Notes: generated by a model not told the origin, from the letters alone. Numbered from the stretch's first letter, positions 40,691 through 50,943 are shown. The stretch is 64,000 bases of DNA from Nanobdellota archaeon (GCA_042571645.1 JBHPFW010000003.1:24898-88897); one strand, 5' to 3'. Made by a program: numbers and translations.

Positions 40691-42241
40691 ATGAAAGAAT
40701 ACAAAACAATATCGAGGGTCGCAGGACCATTAGTATTTGTGGAAAAAACAGAACCAATAGGTTATGGTGAACTTGTTAAACTTCAACTACCAGACGGGAG
40801 CGTAAAAAACGGTCAAGTTTTAGATACGTCAGATGACACGGTGGTTGTCCAGATATTTGAAGGGACTGCAGGTATAGACAAGAAAACAGGAGTCAAGTTT
40901 TTGGGCGAGACAATAAAGCTGGCAGTTTCAGAAGATATGCTTGGCAGAATCCTTAATGGAGCAGGAAAACCAATAGATGGCGGTCCAGACATAATTCCAG
41001 AAAAAAAGACAGACATAATTGGAGCTGCTATCAATCCATATACAAGAGGACCTCCTGCAGATTTTATCCAGACAGGTGTTTCTACAATTGACTGCATGAA
41101 CACATTAGTCAGAGGACAAAAACTACCAATATTTTCTGGTTCAGGATTGCCTCATAATGAGATTGCTTTGCAGATTGCTAGGCAGGCAAAAGTAGTCGGC
41201 CAGGAAAGCAACTTCGTTGTTATATTCGCAGCAATGGGAATTACAAATGAAGAAGCGCAATACTTTATGAAAGATTTTGAGCAAACTGGAGCTTTAGAAA
41301 GAAGTGTTGTTTTCTTGAATTTAGCAGATGATCCAGCAGTAGAGAGATTAGTTACGCCAAGAATGGCTTTAACAGCAGCAGAGTATCTTGCTTATGAAAA
41401 AGATATGCATGTCTTGGTAATATTGACAGACCTAACAAACTATTGTGAAAGTTTGAGGGAAATAGGAGCAGCAAGAGAAGAAATTCCAGGAAGAAGAGGA
41501 TATCCTGGGTACATGTATACTGACTTGGCAACAATCTATGAAAGAGCAGGAATGATAAAGGGCAAACCAGGTTCTATAACCCAGATTCCAATTTTGACAA
41601 TGGTTGGTGATGATATAACACATCCAATTCCTGATCTGACTGGTTACATTACAGAAGGTCAGATAGTATTAGCAAGAGACCTTCATAGAAAAAACCTTTA
41701 TCCGCCAATAAATGTTCTTCCATCTTTGTCGAGGCTGATGAATGCAGGTATTGGCAAAGGTAAAACAAGGGAAGATCACAAGCAAGTTTCAGACCAGATG
41801 TATGCTAACTATGCAGAAGGTGTAGATTTAAGAGGATTAGTTGCTATTGTTGGAGAGGAAGCATTAAGTGATAGAGACAATAGGTTGCTTAAGTTCGCAG
41901 CTAAATTTGAAGATCAGTTTGTAAGACAAGACAAGAGAGAAGACAGAACAATCCAGGACACATTGGGAATAGGTTGGAAATTACTTGGAGATATTCCAGA
42001 AAGAGAACTGACAAGAATCAGCCCAGAGTTTAAGAAGCAGTTTTACAAAGCGAATACTGCAGAAATTGCAGCAATGGCAAAAGAATCAGCTTCTGAAGAA
42101 TCTTCTGAGGAGAAAAAGGAATCCGCTAAAGAAGAAACAACTGAAGAAAAAGTAGAAGTAAAAAAGACTCCTGCAAAAAAATCTTCAGCCAAGAAGCCTG
42201 CAAAAAGGAAATCAGCAAAGAAAAAAGCCAAAAAGAAATAA
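40691..42241 (+). CDS. atpB: A-type ATP synthase subunit B, with an unusual Lys-rich C-terminal extension
   Basis: Conserved B-subunit core. The last roughly 55 aa are Glu/Ser- then Lys/Ala-rich (..[26 protein letters not shown]). Confidence 0.95.
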   Translation: MKEYKTISRVAGPLVFVEKTEPIGYGELVKLQLPDGSVKNGQVLDTSDDTVVVQIFEGTAGIDKKTGVKFLGETIKLAVSEDMLGRILNGAGKPIDGGPDIIPEKKTDIIGAAINPYTRGPPADFIQTGVSTIDCMNTLVRGQKLPIFSGSGLPHNEIALQIARQAKVVGQESNFVVIFAAMGITNEEAQYFMKDFEQTGALERSVVFLNLADDPAVERLVTPRMALTAAEYLAYEKDMHVLVILTDLTNYCESLREIGAAREEIPGRRGYPGYMYTDLATIYERAGMIKGKPGSITQIPILTMVGDDITHPIPDLTGYITEGQIVLARDLHRKNLYPPINVLPSLSRLMNAGIGKGKTREDHKQVSDQMYANYAEGVDLRGLVAIVGEEALSDRDNRLLKFAAKFEDQFVRQDKREDRTIQDTLGIGWKLLGDIPERELTRISPEFKKQFYKANTAEIAAMAKESASEESSEEKKESAKEETTEEKVEVKKTPAKKSSAKKPAKRKSAKKKAKKK

Positions 42242-42247
42242 TAAAAA

Positions 42248-43444
42248 ATGGACAACACACATTTAATTGTTGGAGAATTACTGCTTAAGCTTGCAATAAT
42301 TCTTGCATCAGCAAAAGTAGCAAGGATAATTTGCCATAAGATTGATCAGCCAGCTGTGCTTGGAGAGTTAGTTGTTGGAGCATTACTTGGGCCGAGCCTT
42401 TTGAATGTTATTATTCCAGGACAGAGTGAAGTTCTCACATTTCTTGCAGAAATAGGAGTTATTTTGCTATTGTTCCAGGTAGGATTGGAATCAAATATCT
42501 ACCAGCTTCTTAAAGTTGGATTAAGCTCGTCGTTGGTGGCTTTAATTGGCATTATTGCGCCTTTTGGATTGGGTTATCTTTATTTTGCATATGTAAATGG
42601 GGCTAGTAGCTTGATTTCATTATATGTAGCTGCAACACTCACTGCAACATCTGTTGGTGTCACAATGAGAGTATTAAGTGAAATAAAGAAACTTAATAGT
42701 GATGAAGGCAAAATAATACTCGGAGCAGCAGTAATAGATGACATAATTGGCTTAATAATCTTATCTGTTCTTGTTGGTATAACTGAACTAGGCAGAGTGT
42801 CCTTATTGAACATAGGTAAAATATCATTTTATTCTATAACATTCCTTGTGCTTACAGCATATTTGGGAATTAAGTTTGCGCCTAAAGTGCAAAATGCAAT
42901 GCACAAGCTGGTAACTCAAAGAACTTTCATAGTGCCTGCCTTTATTTTTGCAATATTCTGTGCATATCTGGCTAATCTTATAGGTTTGGCAACAATTGTG
43001 GGTGCGTTTGCAGCAGGACTTGTTTTGGAAACAACAAAGGAGAAAAAAGAGATAGAAAAAAGATTAAAGCCAGTGGCAGATTTGTTTGTGCCTGTATTTT
43101 TTGTTATGGCAGGAGCATATTTCAATTGGAAGGCTTTGTTGGAACCAGGAATAATTCCTGTGATTATAATACTTTCAATAATTGCAGTAGTTAGCAAAAT
43201 AGTATCTGGTTTAGGAGTAGTCAGAACAAAAGCAAGCAGATTAGCAGTTGGTGTTGGAATGATTCCTAGAGGAGAAGTAGGCCTGATATTTGCGACTTAC
43301 GGTTTAACAAACGGTATTGTTTCTGCAAGTCTGTATTCAGCTTTGGTTCTTGTTATAATGATCACAACAATAATCCCGCCACCAATTTTGAAGAGGATTA
43401 TGCATGCTAAAACCCAAGTAGAACCGCATACTTTTGTTGACTGA
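42248..43444 (+). CDS. cation:proton antiporter (CPA2 / Kef-type), inserted between atpB and atpD
   Basis: About 12 TM Na+/H+ exchanger-family architecture with GLxxG-rich helices. Confidence 0.8.
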   Translation: MDNTHLIVGELLLKLAIILASAKVARIICHKIDQPAVLGELVVGALLGPSLLNVIIPGQSEVLTFLAEIGVILLLFQVGLESNIYQLLKVGLSSSLVALIGIIAPFGLGYLYFAYVNGASSLISLYVAATLTATSVGVTMRVLSEIKKLNSDEGKIILGAAVIDDIIGLIILSVLVGITELGRVSLLNIGKISFYSITFLVLTAYLGIKFAPKVQNAMHKLVTQRTFIVPAFIFAIFCAYLANLIGLATIVGAFAAGLVLETTKEKKEIEKRLKPVADLFVPVFFVMAGAYFNWKALLEPGIIPVIIILSIIAVVSKIVSGLGVVRTKASRLAVGVGMIPRGEVGLIFATYGLTNGIVSASLYSALVLVIMITTIIPPPILKRIMHAKTQVEPHTFVD

Positions 43445-43489
43445 ATTAAGACTGATTTAATGATTAATATAATAATAACTGATTAATGC

Positions 43490-44113
43490 GTGATAAACAT
43501 GGCAATTGATGTAAAACCAACAAGATCTGAGTTAATGAAGCTGAAGAAAAAGATTAAATTAGCTCAGTCAGGATACAATCTGCTTAAGAAAAAAAGGGAC
43601 GGTTTGATATTAGATTTCTTTGAGATAATGAAAAAATCAAAGACACTAAGACAGGAATTAGCAGAGGAGTATAAAATTGCTCTAAAAAAAATTAACCAGG
43701 CCAGAGTAATGGAATCCGATTTGAAGATAAGATCATTAGCTAATGCAATTAAACAAACACCTATGATTGAGCTTGAAACAAAAAACATTATGGGTGTTGT
43801 AGCACCAAAAATCAAGGCAGAAGCAATCCAGAAGCATTTTTTGGAGCGTGGCTATGGTACAGTAAGCAGTTCTGCAGCAATAGATGAAGCAGCATTTGCT
43901 TATGAAAAAGTGCTGGAGAAAATAATAGAAGCAGCTGAAGTAGAAACATCAATGAAAAAACTGCTTAAAGAAATCGAGAAAACAAAGAGAAGAGTAAATG
44001 CATTAGAGTTTTCTGTTATTCCAAAAATGGAAGATGTTAAAGCATTTATCACTTTGCGTCTTGAAGAGATGGAAAGAGAGAATGTCTTTAGAATGAAGAG
44101 GATAAAGGCTTAA
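43490..44113 (+). CDS. atpD: A-type ATP synthase subunit D
   Basis: Typical N-terminus IDVKPTRSELMKLKKKIKLAQSGYNLLKKKRD. Coiled-coil central stalk protein. Confidence 0.9.
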   Translation: MINMAIDVKPTRSELMKLKKKIKLAQSGYNLLKKKRDGLILDFFEIMKKSKTLRQELAEEYKIALKKINQARVMESDLKIRSLANAIKQTPMIELETKNIMGVVAPKIKAEAIQKHFLERGYGTVSSSAAIDEAAFAYEKVLEKIIEAAEVETSMKKLLKEIEKTKRRVNALEFSVIPKMEDVKAFITLRLEEMERENVFRMKRIKA

Positions 44114-44170
44114 TAATAATTGAATTCTAAAAACAATTAAGAATAATAAACAGCAATAGGTGATGAAGAA

Positions 44171-45367
44171 ATGGCATATCAATTAAGAGCAGAAGCACCA
44201 GAAGTAGCTCCGAGTATTCTTGTAGACACGAAGATTGATTACAGGGTTTTAATACCTAGACTAAGAAATCTGGTTTTAGGGCATTATGAGTTTGACTCAA
44301 AAAAGACACTTCCGTGCAGATCATTTTGTTCTGATGAGACGCAGATGGTAATAGCTGATCTTCTTTCAAGTTATTTTGGTGCTAGACCATTTAATTTTGG
44401 AAGAGTAGGAGCTTTGTTGGCTTTAGACAGAAGTCCGGCAGCTGCTCATCATGGAAAGAATTTGGTTATTGTATCAGCAGCTCATGTTGGTTATGATCCA
44501 AATGCATCTAATTCTGCAGAACAATATGGGAGAATTTTCAGGCCTCAGATGGATTGTTCAGTGGATGATGATCATTCGCATAGTTCTTGTTGTGGAAAAA
44601 TTGTAGGTACTATAACTCCGTTTAAAGAGTCATATGACAGAACTTCACAGGATAAATTACATCTTATAAAGAAAGAAGTTGGGGGTACTGAAAAATATTG
44701 CATTGTGATAAACAATTCCAGACTTGCGCCTTTTAATGATGATAAAATTTTAGAGCTTCACCTTGAGAAATTACTCAAATTCAAGAATGATTCTCCTGTT
44801 GAGATTGATAGAGAAGCAAACAGCATTATTTATGAAGCAAACCCCGGATTTGTTGAAGATATTGGTGAAGAGAATTTCTTAGCAGACAAGCCTACTCCTA
44901 TAGGTAAGAATTTGACTGGGAAATACTTCGATTTCAGGAGGGAAGTCATAAAAGAAAATGAGGACGGCAGTCACTTAATACTGAAAGGACTTCTTCCATA
45001 TATGAATAGAGTAGTAACTTCAGATATTCCCTCATTTGAAGCAGCAAGAATTGTTTCTTGGGGAGAATTCGGTAAAGCAGTTAATGCATTTGGACATCAT
45101 ACTTCAGAGTTAGATCTTGGAGAAAGATCAATCTTTCTTATAAGCGGCATAAATCTGGATTATTTTGACCATGAAGCAGCCAAGATAAACCCTCTTGCAG
45201 GAAACCAGGTTTATTTTATACCAATGGCGGCATATGTCAAAAATATTGATGATCCAAATCACCCCGATGGTCAGGTGTTAGAAAGAGAGGAACTTCTTGA
45301 TTTGTTATTAAAACAAGAAGCTACAGCTGAAAGATTCTCATTAGATGAAGTTCTTGAGTTGGGATAA
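44171..45367 (+). CDS. hypothetical protein (398 aa)
   Basis: Complete ORF following the ATPase operon. Cys/His cluster (HSHSSCCGK). Family not recognised. Confidence 0.5.
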   Translation: MAYQLRAEAPEVAPSILVDTKIDYRVLIPRLRNLVLGHYEFDSKKTLPCRSFCSDETQMVIADLLSSYFGARPFNFGRVGALLALDRSPAAAHHGKNLVIVSAAHVGYDPNASNSAEQYGRIFRPQMDCSVDDDHSHSSCCGKIVGTITPFKESYDRTSQDKLHLIKKEVGGTEKYCIVINNSRLAPFNDDKILELHLEKLLKFKNDSPVEIDREANSIIYEANPGFVEDIGEENFLADKPTPIGKNLTGKYFDFRREVIKENEDGSHLILKGLLPYMNRVVTSDIPSFEAARIVSWGEFGKAVNAFGHHTSELDLGERSIFLISGINLDYFDHEAAKINPLAGNQVYFIPMAAYVKNIDDPNHPDGQVLEREELLDLLLKQEATAERFSLDEVLELG

Positions 45368-45473
45368 TTTACAAGCATTTTTTTAGTTGTTTATTTCTTT
45401 ATTTTTATAATATTCCCTTATCAATGCTGGATCATTGAAAAGCTTTTTAAACTAATTCTGAATTTCAAACTAT

Positions 45474-46529
45474 ATGGCTTTAACAAAAAAACAAATTGAG
45501 CAAATTAGGAAAGAATTGGATGAGTGCAATAATCCATTGTTCTTTTTTGATGATGATGCAGACGGACTATGTTCATTTCTTTTGCTTTATAGGCATAAAC
45601 AGGAAGGAAAAGGCGTTCCTATGAAAACACTGCCTGTTTTGGGTATGAAATTATTCCCTAAAATTGAGGAATACTCTCCTGACAAAATCTTTGTGCTTGA
45701 TATACCCATGATTGATCAGGAATTTCTTGATGAAATTGCAAAATTAAAGATTCCTGTAATTTGGATAGATCATCATGGTCCTTATGAACGTGAGCATGTC
45801 AAATACTTTAATCCTAGGGTTGATAATCCTGAAGAAAGTCCTTGTGTGACATCCATATGTTATGAAGTTGTTGATGAGCCAGAGGATTTATGGTTAGCTG
45901 CCATAGGAATTGTGGCAGATTGGCAGTTTATGCCTATATTAGATGATTTTTCTAAAAAATATTCTGATTTATTGCCTGCTGAAATAAAAAAACCAGAAGA
46001 TGCATTGTTTGCTTCAAAGTTAGGCAAGTTTGTTAAGATATTTTCTTTTATCTTAAAGGGAAAACTAAGCGAAGTTTACAAATGTGTGAAGATTCTCACT
46101 AGAATAAAAGATCCTTATGAAATTCTTGAAAAGAAAACAGCACAAGGAAAATACATTTATGACAAATACCAAGAAGTAAATTCTGTTTATGATGAACTTC
46201 TTAATGAGGCAAAAGCACAAAAACCAAAAGACAATGTGTTAAAGTATATTTACGACGAGAGTAATAGCAGTTTTACAAAAGAACTTTCAAATGAGCTTTT
46301 GTATCTTCATCCTGATAATGTAATTCTTGTTGCCAGAGACAAATCCGGCGAGATAAAGATGAGTTTGAGGTCAAGCAAACATAATCTAAAGCCTGCTTTA
46401 CAGAAAGCATTAGTTGGTGTTGAGGGCTATGGTGGTGGGCATGAACATGCTTCGGGAGCTTGTGTCAAGAAAGAAGATTTTGAAGTGTTCTTGGAACAGT
46501 TGAAAGAAGCTTTGAAGGAGCAGGAATGA
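45474..46529 (+). CDS. DHH/DHHA1 family phosphoesterase (NrnA/RecJ-like)
   Basis: DHH motif (VIWIDHHGP) and DHHA1 motif (GYGGGHEHASGA). Confidence 0.8.
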   Translation: MALTKKQIEQIRKELDECNNPLFFFDDDADGLCSFLLLYRHKQEGKGVPMKTLPVLGMKLFPKIEEYSPDKIFVLDIPMIDQEFLDEIAKLKIPVIWIDHHGPYEREHVKYFNPRVDNPEESPCVTSICYEVVDEPEDLWLAAIGIVADWQFMPILDDFSKKYSDLLPAEIKKPEDALFASKLGKFVKIFSFILKGKLSEVYKCVKILTRIKDPYEILEKKTAQGKYIYDKYQEVNSVYDELLNEAKAQKPKDNVLKYIYDESNSSFTKELSNELLYLHPDNVILVARDKSGEIKMSLRSSKHNLKPALQKALVGVEGYGGGHEHASGACVKKEDFEVFLEQLKEALKEQE

Positions 46530-46614
46530 AGGAATTAAAACTTCGTTTGATACAGTCACATAGGTGAATTCTGAGTTAGAAAAACTTTATAAACAATATT
46601 AATTCAATTAAAAC

Positions 46615-47028
46615 ATGCTCAAAAAAATCATATCTTTAGTAAGTAGAAAATTTTTAGGGAGGGGTTTCTCCTTAGTGATTAATATACATCCTGAAATGTC
46701 AAAAAAAGAACAGAATGAATTAAGAAAAATAATTCTTAAAGAAACCAATTTAAACAAATATTTTAATAAAATTCGAATAAAATTCAAATCAAGTATGATC
46801 ATAAAAAAGAAAGTGCGAACAGATACAACCAACTTAAAAATTACATGCGAAGAAACTAATTTTTACATAACAAAATTTGAAAAAACAGAATTTTATGAAA
46901 AAATTCAGAATGAAGTTTTAAATCAGATAAAAAAACAATTAAATAAAAGAAATCATAAAATAATTGAAAAACCTCTTTTTGCATTTCGATATAACAAATC
47001 ATTAGATTCTGAAAATATGTTACCTTAA
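46615..47028 (+). CDS. doubtful ORF in a very AT-rich spacer (137 aa, Lys-rich)
   Basis: Lys/Asn/Ile-rich composition typical of AT-rich noncoding DNA. Retained only as a possibility. Confidence 0.2.
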   Translation: MLKKIISLVSRKFLGRGFSLVINIHPEMSKKEQNELRKIILKETNLNKYFNKIRIKFKSSMIIKKKVRTDTTNLKITCEETNFYITKFEKTEFYEKIQNEVLNQIKKQLNKRNHKIIEKPLFAFRYNKSLDSENMLP

Positions 47029-47057
47029 TTAAGAAAAATAAAATATTTGAAAAATTA

Positions 47058-48599
47058 TCATTTATTTCTTGATCTGTCTCGAGAGCTATTACTTTTGTTA
47101 TCGTTTCTGTTGCTTCCGGATCTTGACCTATCGCTTTTATTGTCGCTTCTGTTGCTGCCTCTGCTGCTGTCATTTCTGTTGCTTCTTGCTCCGGATCTAT
47201 CGCTTCTACTATCACTTCTATTACTTCTTCCGCCTGATCTGTTGCTGTTTCCATCTCCGGATCTTTTATTGCTGCTTTGTCCTCTGCTAGAACTTCTATT
47301 GCTATCGCTTCGTCCTCCGCTGCTTCTATTTCCAGATCTGCCAGAACTGTCATTGCCACTACTTCTTCTGTCTCCAGATCGTCTATTTCCAAATCCACCT
47401 CTAGATTGTCCAGAAGATCTACGGCCTCTAGAGAATCCACCTCTAGAATCTCCACGTCTATCATCATCTCTTTGGCCAACATCAAATCTTAATTGAGGAA
47501 AATCTTCTTTCTCAAGCATTTCGATAGGGGTTGGGTTTTTGTCAACTATTTCTCTGAATACAAAATGGTCTTTATCACTCAATAGAGTTATTGCTTTTCC
47601 AGTTTTTCCAGCTCTTGCAGTTCTTCCAACTCTATGAATATATTCTTCTGGGTCATCAGAAAGATCATAATTATATACATGGGATACATGTTCGATGTGC
47701 AAGCCTCTTGCTGCAACTGCAGAAGCCACTAGTATATCAAATTTATTTTTGTTAAAATCATCAATTACAGCAGTTCTTCTGTGTTGGGTTAGCTTTCCAT
47801 GAATGCTTTCAACTTTAAAGCCTTGTTTCCTGAGGTTTTTTGAAACAATATCAACTGTTCTTCTAGTTGCGCAGAATACAATAACTCTTCCAGCTGTTTC
47901 TTTTTTTAGTAAATGAACCAGATAAGAAAATTTCTCATTATGTTTTAAATTGTAATAATATTGCTCCAAAAACTCTTCTTTAACATGACTCTCAGTCCTG
48001 ATTGTTTCTGGGTTGTTCATATATCTTTTCTTGATTATTGAAACATCTTTCTTAGTTGTTGCTCCAAAAAGAAGAACCTGGCGTTCATTAGGAGTGTAGT
48101 TGATAATTCTTGTGATGTCTTCTATGAAACCCATTTCTGCCATCTTGTCTGCTTCATCTAGAATAACGCATTTAATCTTTGAAAGATTTAAAGTTCTTCT
48201 TTCAAGATGATCCAGCAGTCTACCTGGTGTTCCCACGACAATTTGTGATCTTGCAATACTTTCCATCTGAGGATTAATAGCAACTCCTCCATAAACTGTG
48301 GCAACTTTACAATCAACATATTTTGCGAATTTTCTCAATTCTTCTCCAATCTGCACAGCAAGTTCTCTTGTCGGGCAAAGAATAAGAATCTGCACACCTT
48401 TTTTTGGCTCAACCATTTCAATAGCTGGCACACCAAATGCAGCAGTTTTTCCAGAGCCAGTCTTTGATATACCAACAAGATGTTTTCCAGATTTTATCAG
48501 AGCTATTGTTTCTTCTTGTATTGGTGTTGGATCGGTTATGTTAATTTCTTTTAATGCTTTTATTATTTCAGGCCTAACGCCTAGTTTTTCAAATGTCAT
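47058..48599 (-). CDS. DEAD-box ATP-dependent RNA helicase with RG/RS-rich low-complexity C-terminal tail
   Basis: Q-motif, AKTGSGKT, PTRELA, DEAD (VILDEADKM), SAT, HRVGRTARAG. A roughly 140-aa RGG/SR-rich tail follows. Confidence 0.9.
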   Translation of the reverse strand: MTFEKLGVRPEIIKALKEINITDPTPIQEETIALIKSGKHLVGISKTGSGKTAAFGVPAIEMVEPKKGVQILILCPTRELAVQIGEELRKFAKYVDCKVATVYGGVAINPQMESIARSQIVVGTPGRLLDHLERRTLNLSKIKCVILDEADKMAEMGFIEDITRIINYTPNERQVLLFGATTKKDVSIIKKRYMNNPETIRTESHVKEEFLEQYYYNLKHNEKFSYLVHLLKKETAGRVIVFCATRRTVDIVSKNLRKQGFKVESIHGKLTQHRRTAVIDDFNKNKFDILVASAVAARGLHIEHVSHVYNYDLSDDPEEYIHRVGRTARAGKTGKAITLLSDKDHFVFREIVDKNPTPIEMLEKEDFPQLRFDVGQRDDDRRGDSRGGFSRGRRSSGQSRGGFGNRRSGDRRSSGNDSSGRSGNRSSGGRSDSNRSSSRGQSSNKRSGDGNSNRSGGRSNRSDSRSDRSGARSNRNDSSRGSNRSDNKSDRSRSGSNRNDNKSNSSRDRSRNK

Positions 48600-48808
48600 G
48601 TTTATTCCTCTGTATTCTTAATTCTATTAAGTATAATGTCAATTACATGCAAAAATCTGTACTTGATTTTTTGGTGTATAGTGAAACAGAATGAGTATAT
48701 TTTGAGTTACACCATCTGTTTCTGACGTTTACTATCAATATTACTATAGTTTTGTGGATTCATATATAAACCTATGCTTTTTTTTAATCTAGAAATAGTG
48801 AAAAAAGG

Positions 48809-48943
48809 TGCGTCGGCCGGGAATTTCGTGAATATTTGCCTATGCAATATATTATTCGAACCCGGATCAACGGCTTGGAAGGCCGCTATACTTTATGGCA
48901 ATTCCTACAAATTAGGCAATTGTAGCCATTGTACTACCGACGC
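48809..48943 (-). tRNA. tRNA-Gly (anticodon UCC) with two apparent introns, one in the D-loop and one at T-loop 60/61
   Basis: Minus strand: acceptor GCGUCGG/CCGACGC with A73, U8A9, D-stem GUAC/GUAU, anticodon stem GCGGC/GCCGU with loop CUUCCAA, variable UGAU, T-arm CCGGG-UUCGAAU-[32 nt]-CCCGG. About 30 nt are inserted in the D-loop. The mature length would be 73 nt. Confidence 0.6.
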
Positions 48944-48976
48944 ATGAACTCAAGGAAAGACAAGTCATTTATAAAG

Positions 48977-49816
48977 TTAATGCCCTTTTCTCATAAACTT
49001 TTTGTATCTTAATAAGTGCTTTGTATTTGCAGGGCTTATTTCAGAAAAGAATTTGCCGCTTTGATTATATAAATAGAGGTTTTTACCGCTAATAGAAGGT
49101 CTGAAGCCTAAATTCTCAAAACCCTTCCTGACCTCTTCCAAAAAGGCTTTATCCCTGCTTATTATGGATACTACGCTCTCATTTCTTCGTAAATAAATGC
49201 TCCCATCAGTATCAAACAAGCCCCTTAGATAGCTTTGTAGAAATTTCTTATTTAGTTTTATCTTTTTAGGGATATGCAATTTTCTCATCTTCTTGCCTAG
49301 TGGCAACTTATATCTCCCAGTTAAAAACTCAGACAATTCTTTTGAGTTAATAACGCATCTTAGATTATTGTTTGGTTTATATTTCTTAATCTTAACATTA
49401 ACGTTGAATAAGTTTCTGAACAAAAGAGATACTCTTCCTAGAATGTAATCTTTATCTGCCATTAAATGACCGCTAACAACTATTTCATAATTGTATTTAG
49501 AAATGTGACCGTCGCCTGCTAGTATTCCTATCAACTCAGCTAAATGTTCATTAAGAGATGGTTTTTTGATCGTCTCAACTTTATTTCGAATTTCAACATA
49601 ATTGTTATAACTTTTCCTCAGTCTTGAAATATTACAAAGCTTTTCATAATTCTCTTTTGGAATCTTAGATGAACCGTCAAGATAGACAAAAATCATACTT
49701 CTGCTAATTCCCAAGAAAGAGGCAAGTTTTTCCCAGCTAAGACTGGTGCGTTCTTTAACTGATCTCATAAATCTAGTTTGCTCTTTTTTGTTGAAGTTTA
49801 TATATTTCATTTTCAC
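48977..49816 (-). CDS. LAGLIDADG homing endonuclease (double-motif, N-terminal HTH)
   Basis: Two LAGLIDADG-type motifs (LIGILAGDGHISKY and LRGLFDTDGSIYL). N-terminal HTH (SWEKLASFLGISRSMIFVYL). Confidence 0.8.
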   Translation of the reverse strand: MKMKYINFNKKEQTRFMRSVKERTSLSWEKLASFLGISRSMIFVYLDGSSKIPKENYEKLCNISRLRKSYNNYVEIRNKVETIKKPSLNEHLAELIGILAGDGHISKYNYEIVVSGHLMADKDYILGRVSLLFRNLFNVNVKIKKYKPNNNLRCVINSKELSEFLTGRYKLPLGKKMRKLHIPKKIKLNKKFLQSYLRGLFDTDGSIYLRRNESVVSIISRDKAFLEEVRKGFENLGFRPSISGKNLYLYNQSGKFFSEISPANTKHLLRYKKFMRKGH

Positions 49817-49903
49817 TAATTAGCAAATGAAATATATAAAACCTTCTATTAAACCTAACCATTAGACTGTTAAAGAAGTTATTCAATCATAAAGGTTTAT
49901 TAA

Positions 49904-49923
49904 CCATTGTACTACCGACGCAT
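49904..49923. repeat. direct-repeat copy of the tRNA-Gly 5' segment (att-like / target duplication)
   Basis: Exact 20-nt match to 48926-48945. Confidence 0.7.
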
Positions 49924-50034
49924 ATGGTTTAAGGGAGAAATAGGGGATTTATAAAGGTTTCTTAGGCTTTTATTGGTCTTTTTTTCATATCTCCAACCAA
50001 CAACTATTTAAATAATGACTACTTCCCGGTAGTT

Positions 50035-50940
50035 ATGATAATCGATTTAGGTCATAGCAAGGTCATCAAAGAGTACTTTTCAGAGTTTGACATGGCTCAA
50101 CAAATCATTGATCGGCTAGAGCCTCAAGAAATGCCGCCAATTGAGTTTGGATGCCCCAATGATGAAAAGTTTCATAGAACACAATCAACTGAAGACAGTG
50201 ATTTTGATGAGAGAAGGAAATGGAGGAAAGATCAACTAATAAAACTCACTAATTTTTTATGGGAATATTATAATCTTCCAAGAGAAAATATTACAGAATA
50301 TGGTGCTGGTTCTACAGGATATTATTGGGCAAACTTAAGACCAAAAGGCATTGAGGATTGGTTGCAAGTAGATATAAACCCATTAGCAAATAAAGAGAAT
50401 GGGAGAAGAAATCCCGGTGCAAAAATTATCGAGGGGTCTTGTTATGATATTCCGTCTAGGGGTTGTCATCTTATAACAGGATTAGCTCTTCTCGATACAG
50501 TTTCTGACATACCTTTGGCCGTTGATCAAATTGCGGAAGCATTAGCTGAAGGAGGATACCTTTTCCATATTCTGGATAACTATCCAGGTCATCGTGGTGT
50601 TAAGGAGTATTTAATCGCTAGTCGTGGAAGTATTCCGGAGGAGGGGTTTAGAGCGAAATTCAGGGGTAATATATTTGCCCAGCCAACAATTCTAGGATTT
50701 GTAATAGACCAGAAGAGAGAAACTCTTATTAATCTTTTTAGAGATGCAATGGGGGATGCAATCAAGAAGCAACCAAGTCTCGATTTAATAGCAAATGACT
50801 ATTTTACTTATAGTGAGCCTATAGACCGTCCAGAACATCAAGCTTTATTTATGGGGTTGAGATATGAGAACCCTGCTGAAAAGGGAGTAAAAACCACCAC
50901 TGCTCTTATTACTCTAGCTCAAAAAAAAGAAGTTTATTGA
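50035..50940 (+). CDS. class I SAM-dependent methyltransferase-like protein
   Basis: Motif I-like TEYGAGSTGYY, motif II-like IIEGSCYDIP. Codon composition is noticeably GC-richer than the surrounding genes. Confidence 0.5.
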   Translation: MIIDLGHSKVIKEYFSEFDMAQQIIDRLEPQEMPPIEFGCPNDEKFHRTQSTEDSDFDERRKWRKDQLIKLTNFLWEYYNLPRENITEYGAGSTGYYWANLRPKGIEDWLQVDINPLANKENGRRNPGAKIIEGSCYDIPSRGCHLITGLALLDTVSDIPLAVDQIAEALAEGGYLFHILDNYPGHRGVKEYLIASRGSIPEEGFRAKFRGNIFAQPTILGFVIDQKRETLINLFRDAMGDAIKKQPSLDLIANDYFTYSEPIDRPEHQALFMGLRYENPAEKGVKTTTALITLAQKKEVY

Positions 50941-50943
50941 CAA

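Larger units (their letters stand above)
48944..49923. mobile_element. putative homing-endonuclease insertion bounded by 20-bp direct repeats of the tRNA-Gly 5' end
   Basis: ccattgtactaccgacgcat occurs at 48926-48945 (tRNA 5' part, complementary strand) and again at 49904-49923. The LAGLIDADG ORF lies between the two copies. Confidence 0.45.

Noticed and set aside
46540-47050. Possible promoter or ncRNA in the extremely AT-rich spacer before the minus-strand helicase
   Set aside because: The extreme AT richness is consistent with a promoter and UTR region, but no specific structure or motif could be defined. ORF 46615-47028 is retained only at low confidence.
47047-47496. Plus-strand ORFs (149 aa Leu/Pro/Ser-rich, 73 aa Cys-rich, 71 aa Ser/Arg-rich) opposite the helicase tail
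   Set aside because: Antisense and alternative-frame readings of the repetitive RGG/SR-coding tract, giving compositionally absurd proteins.
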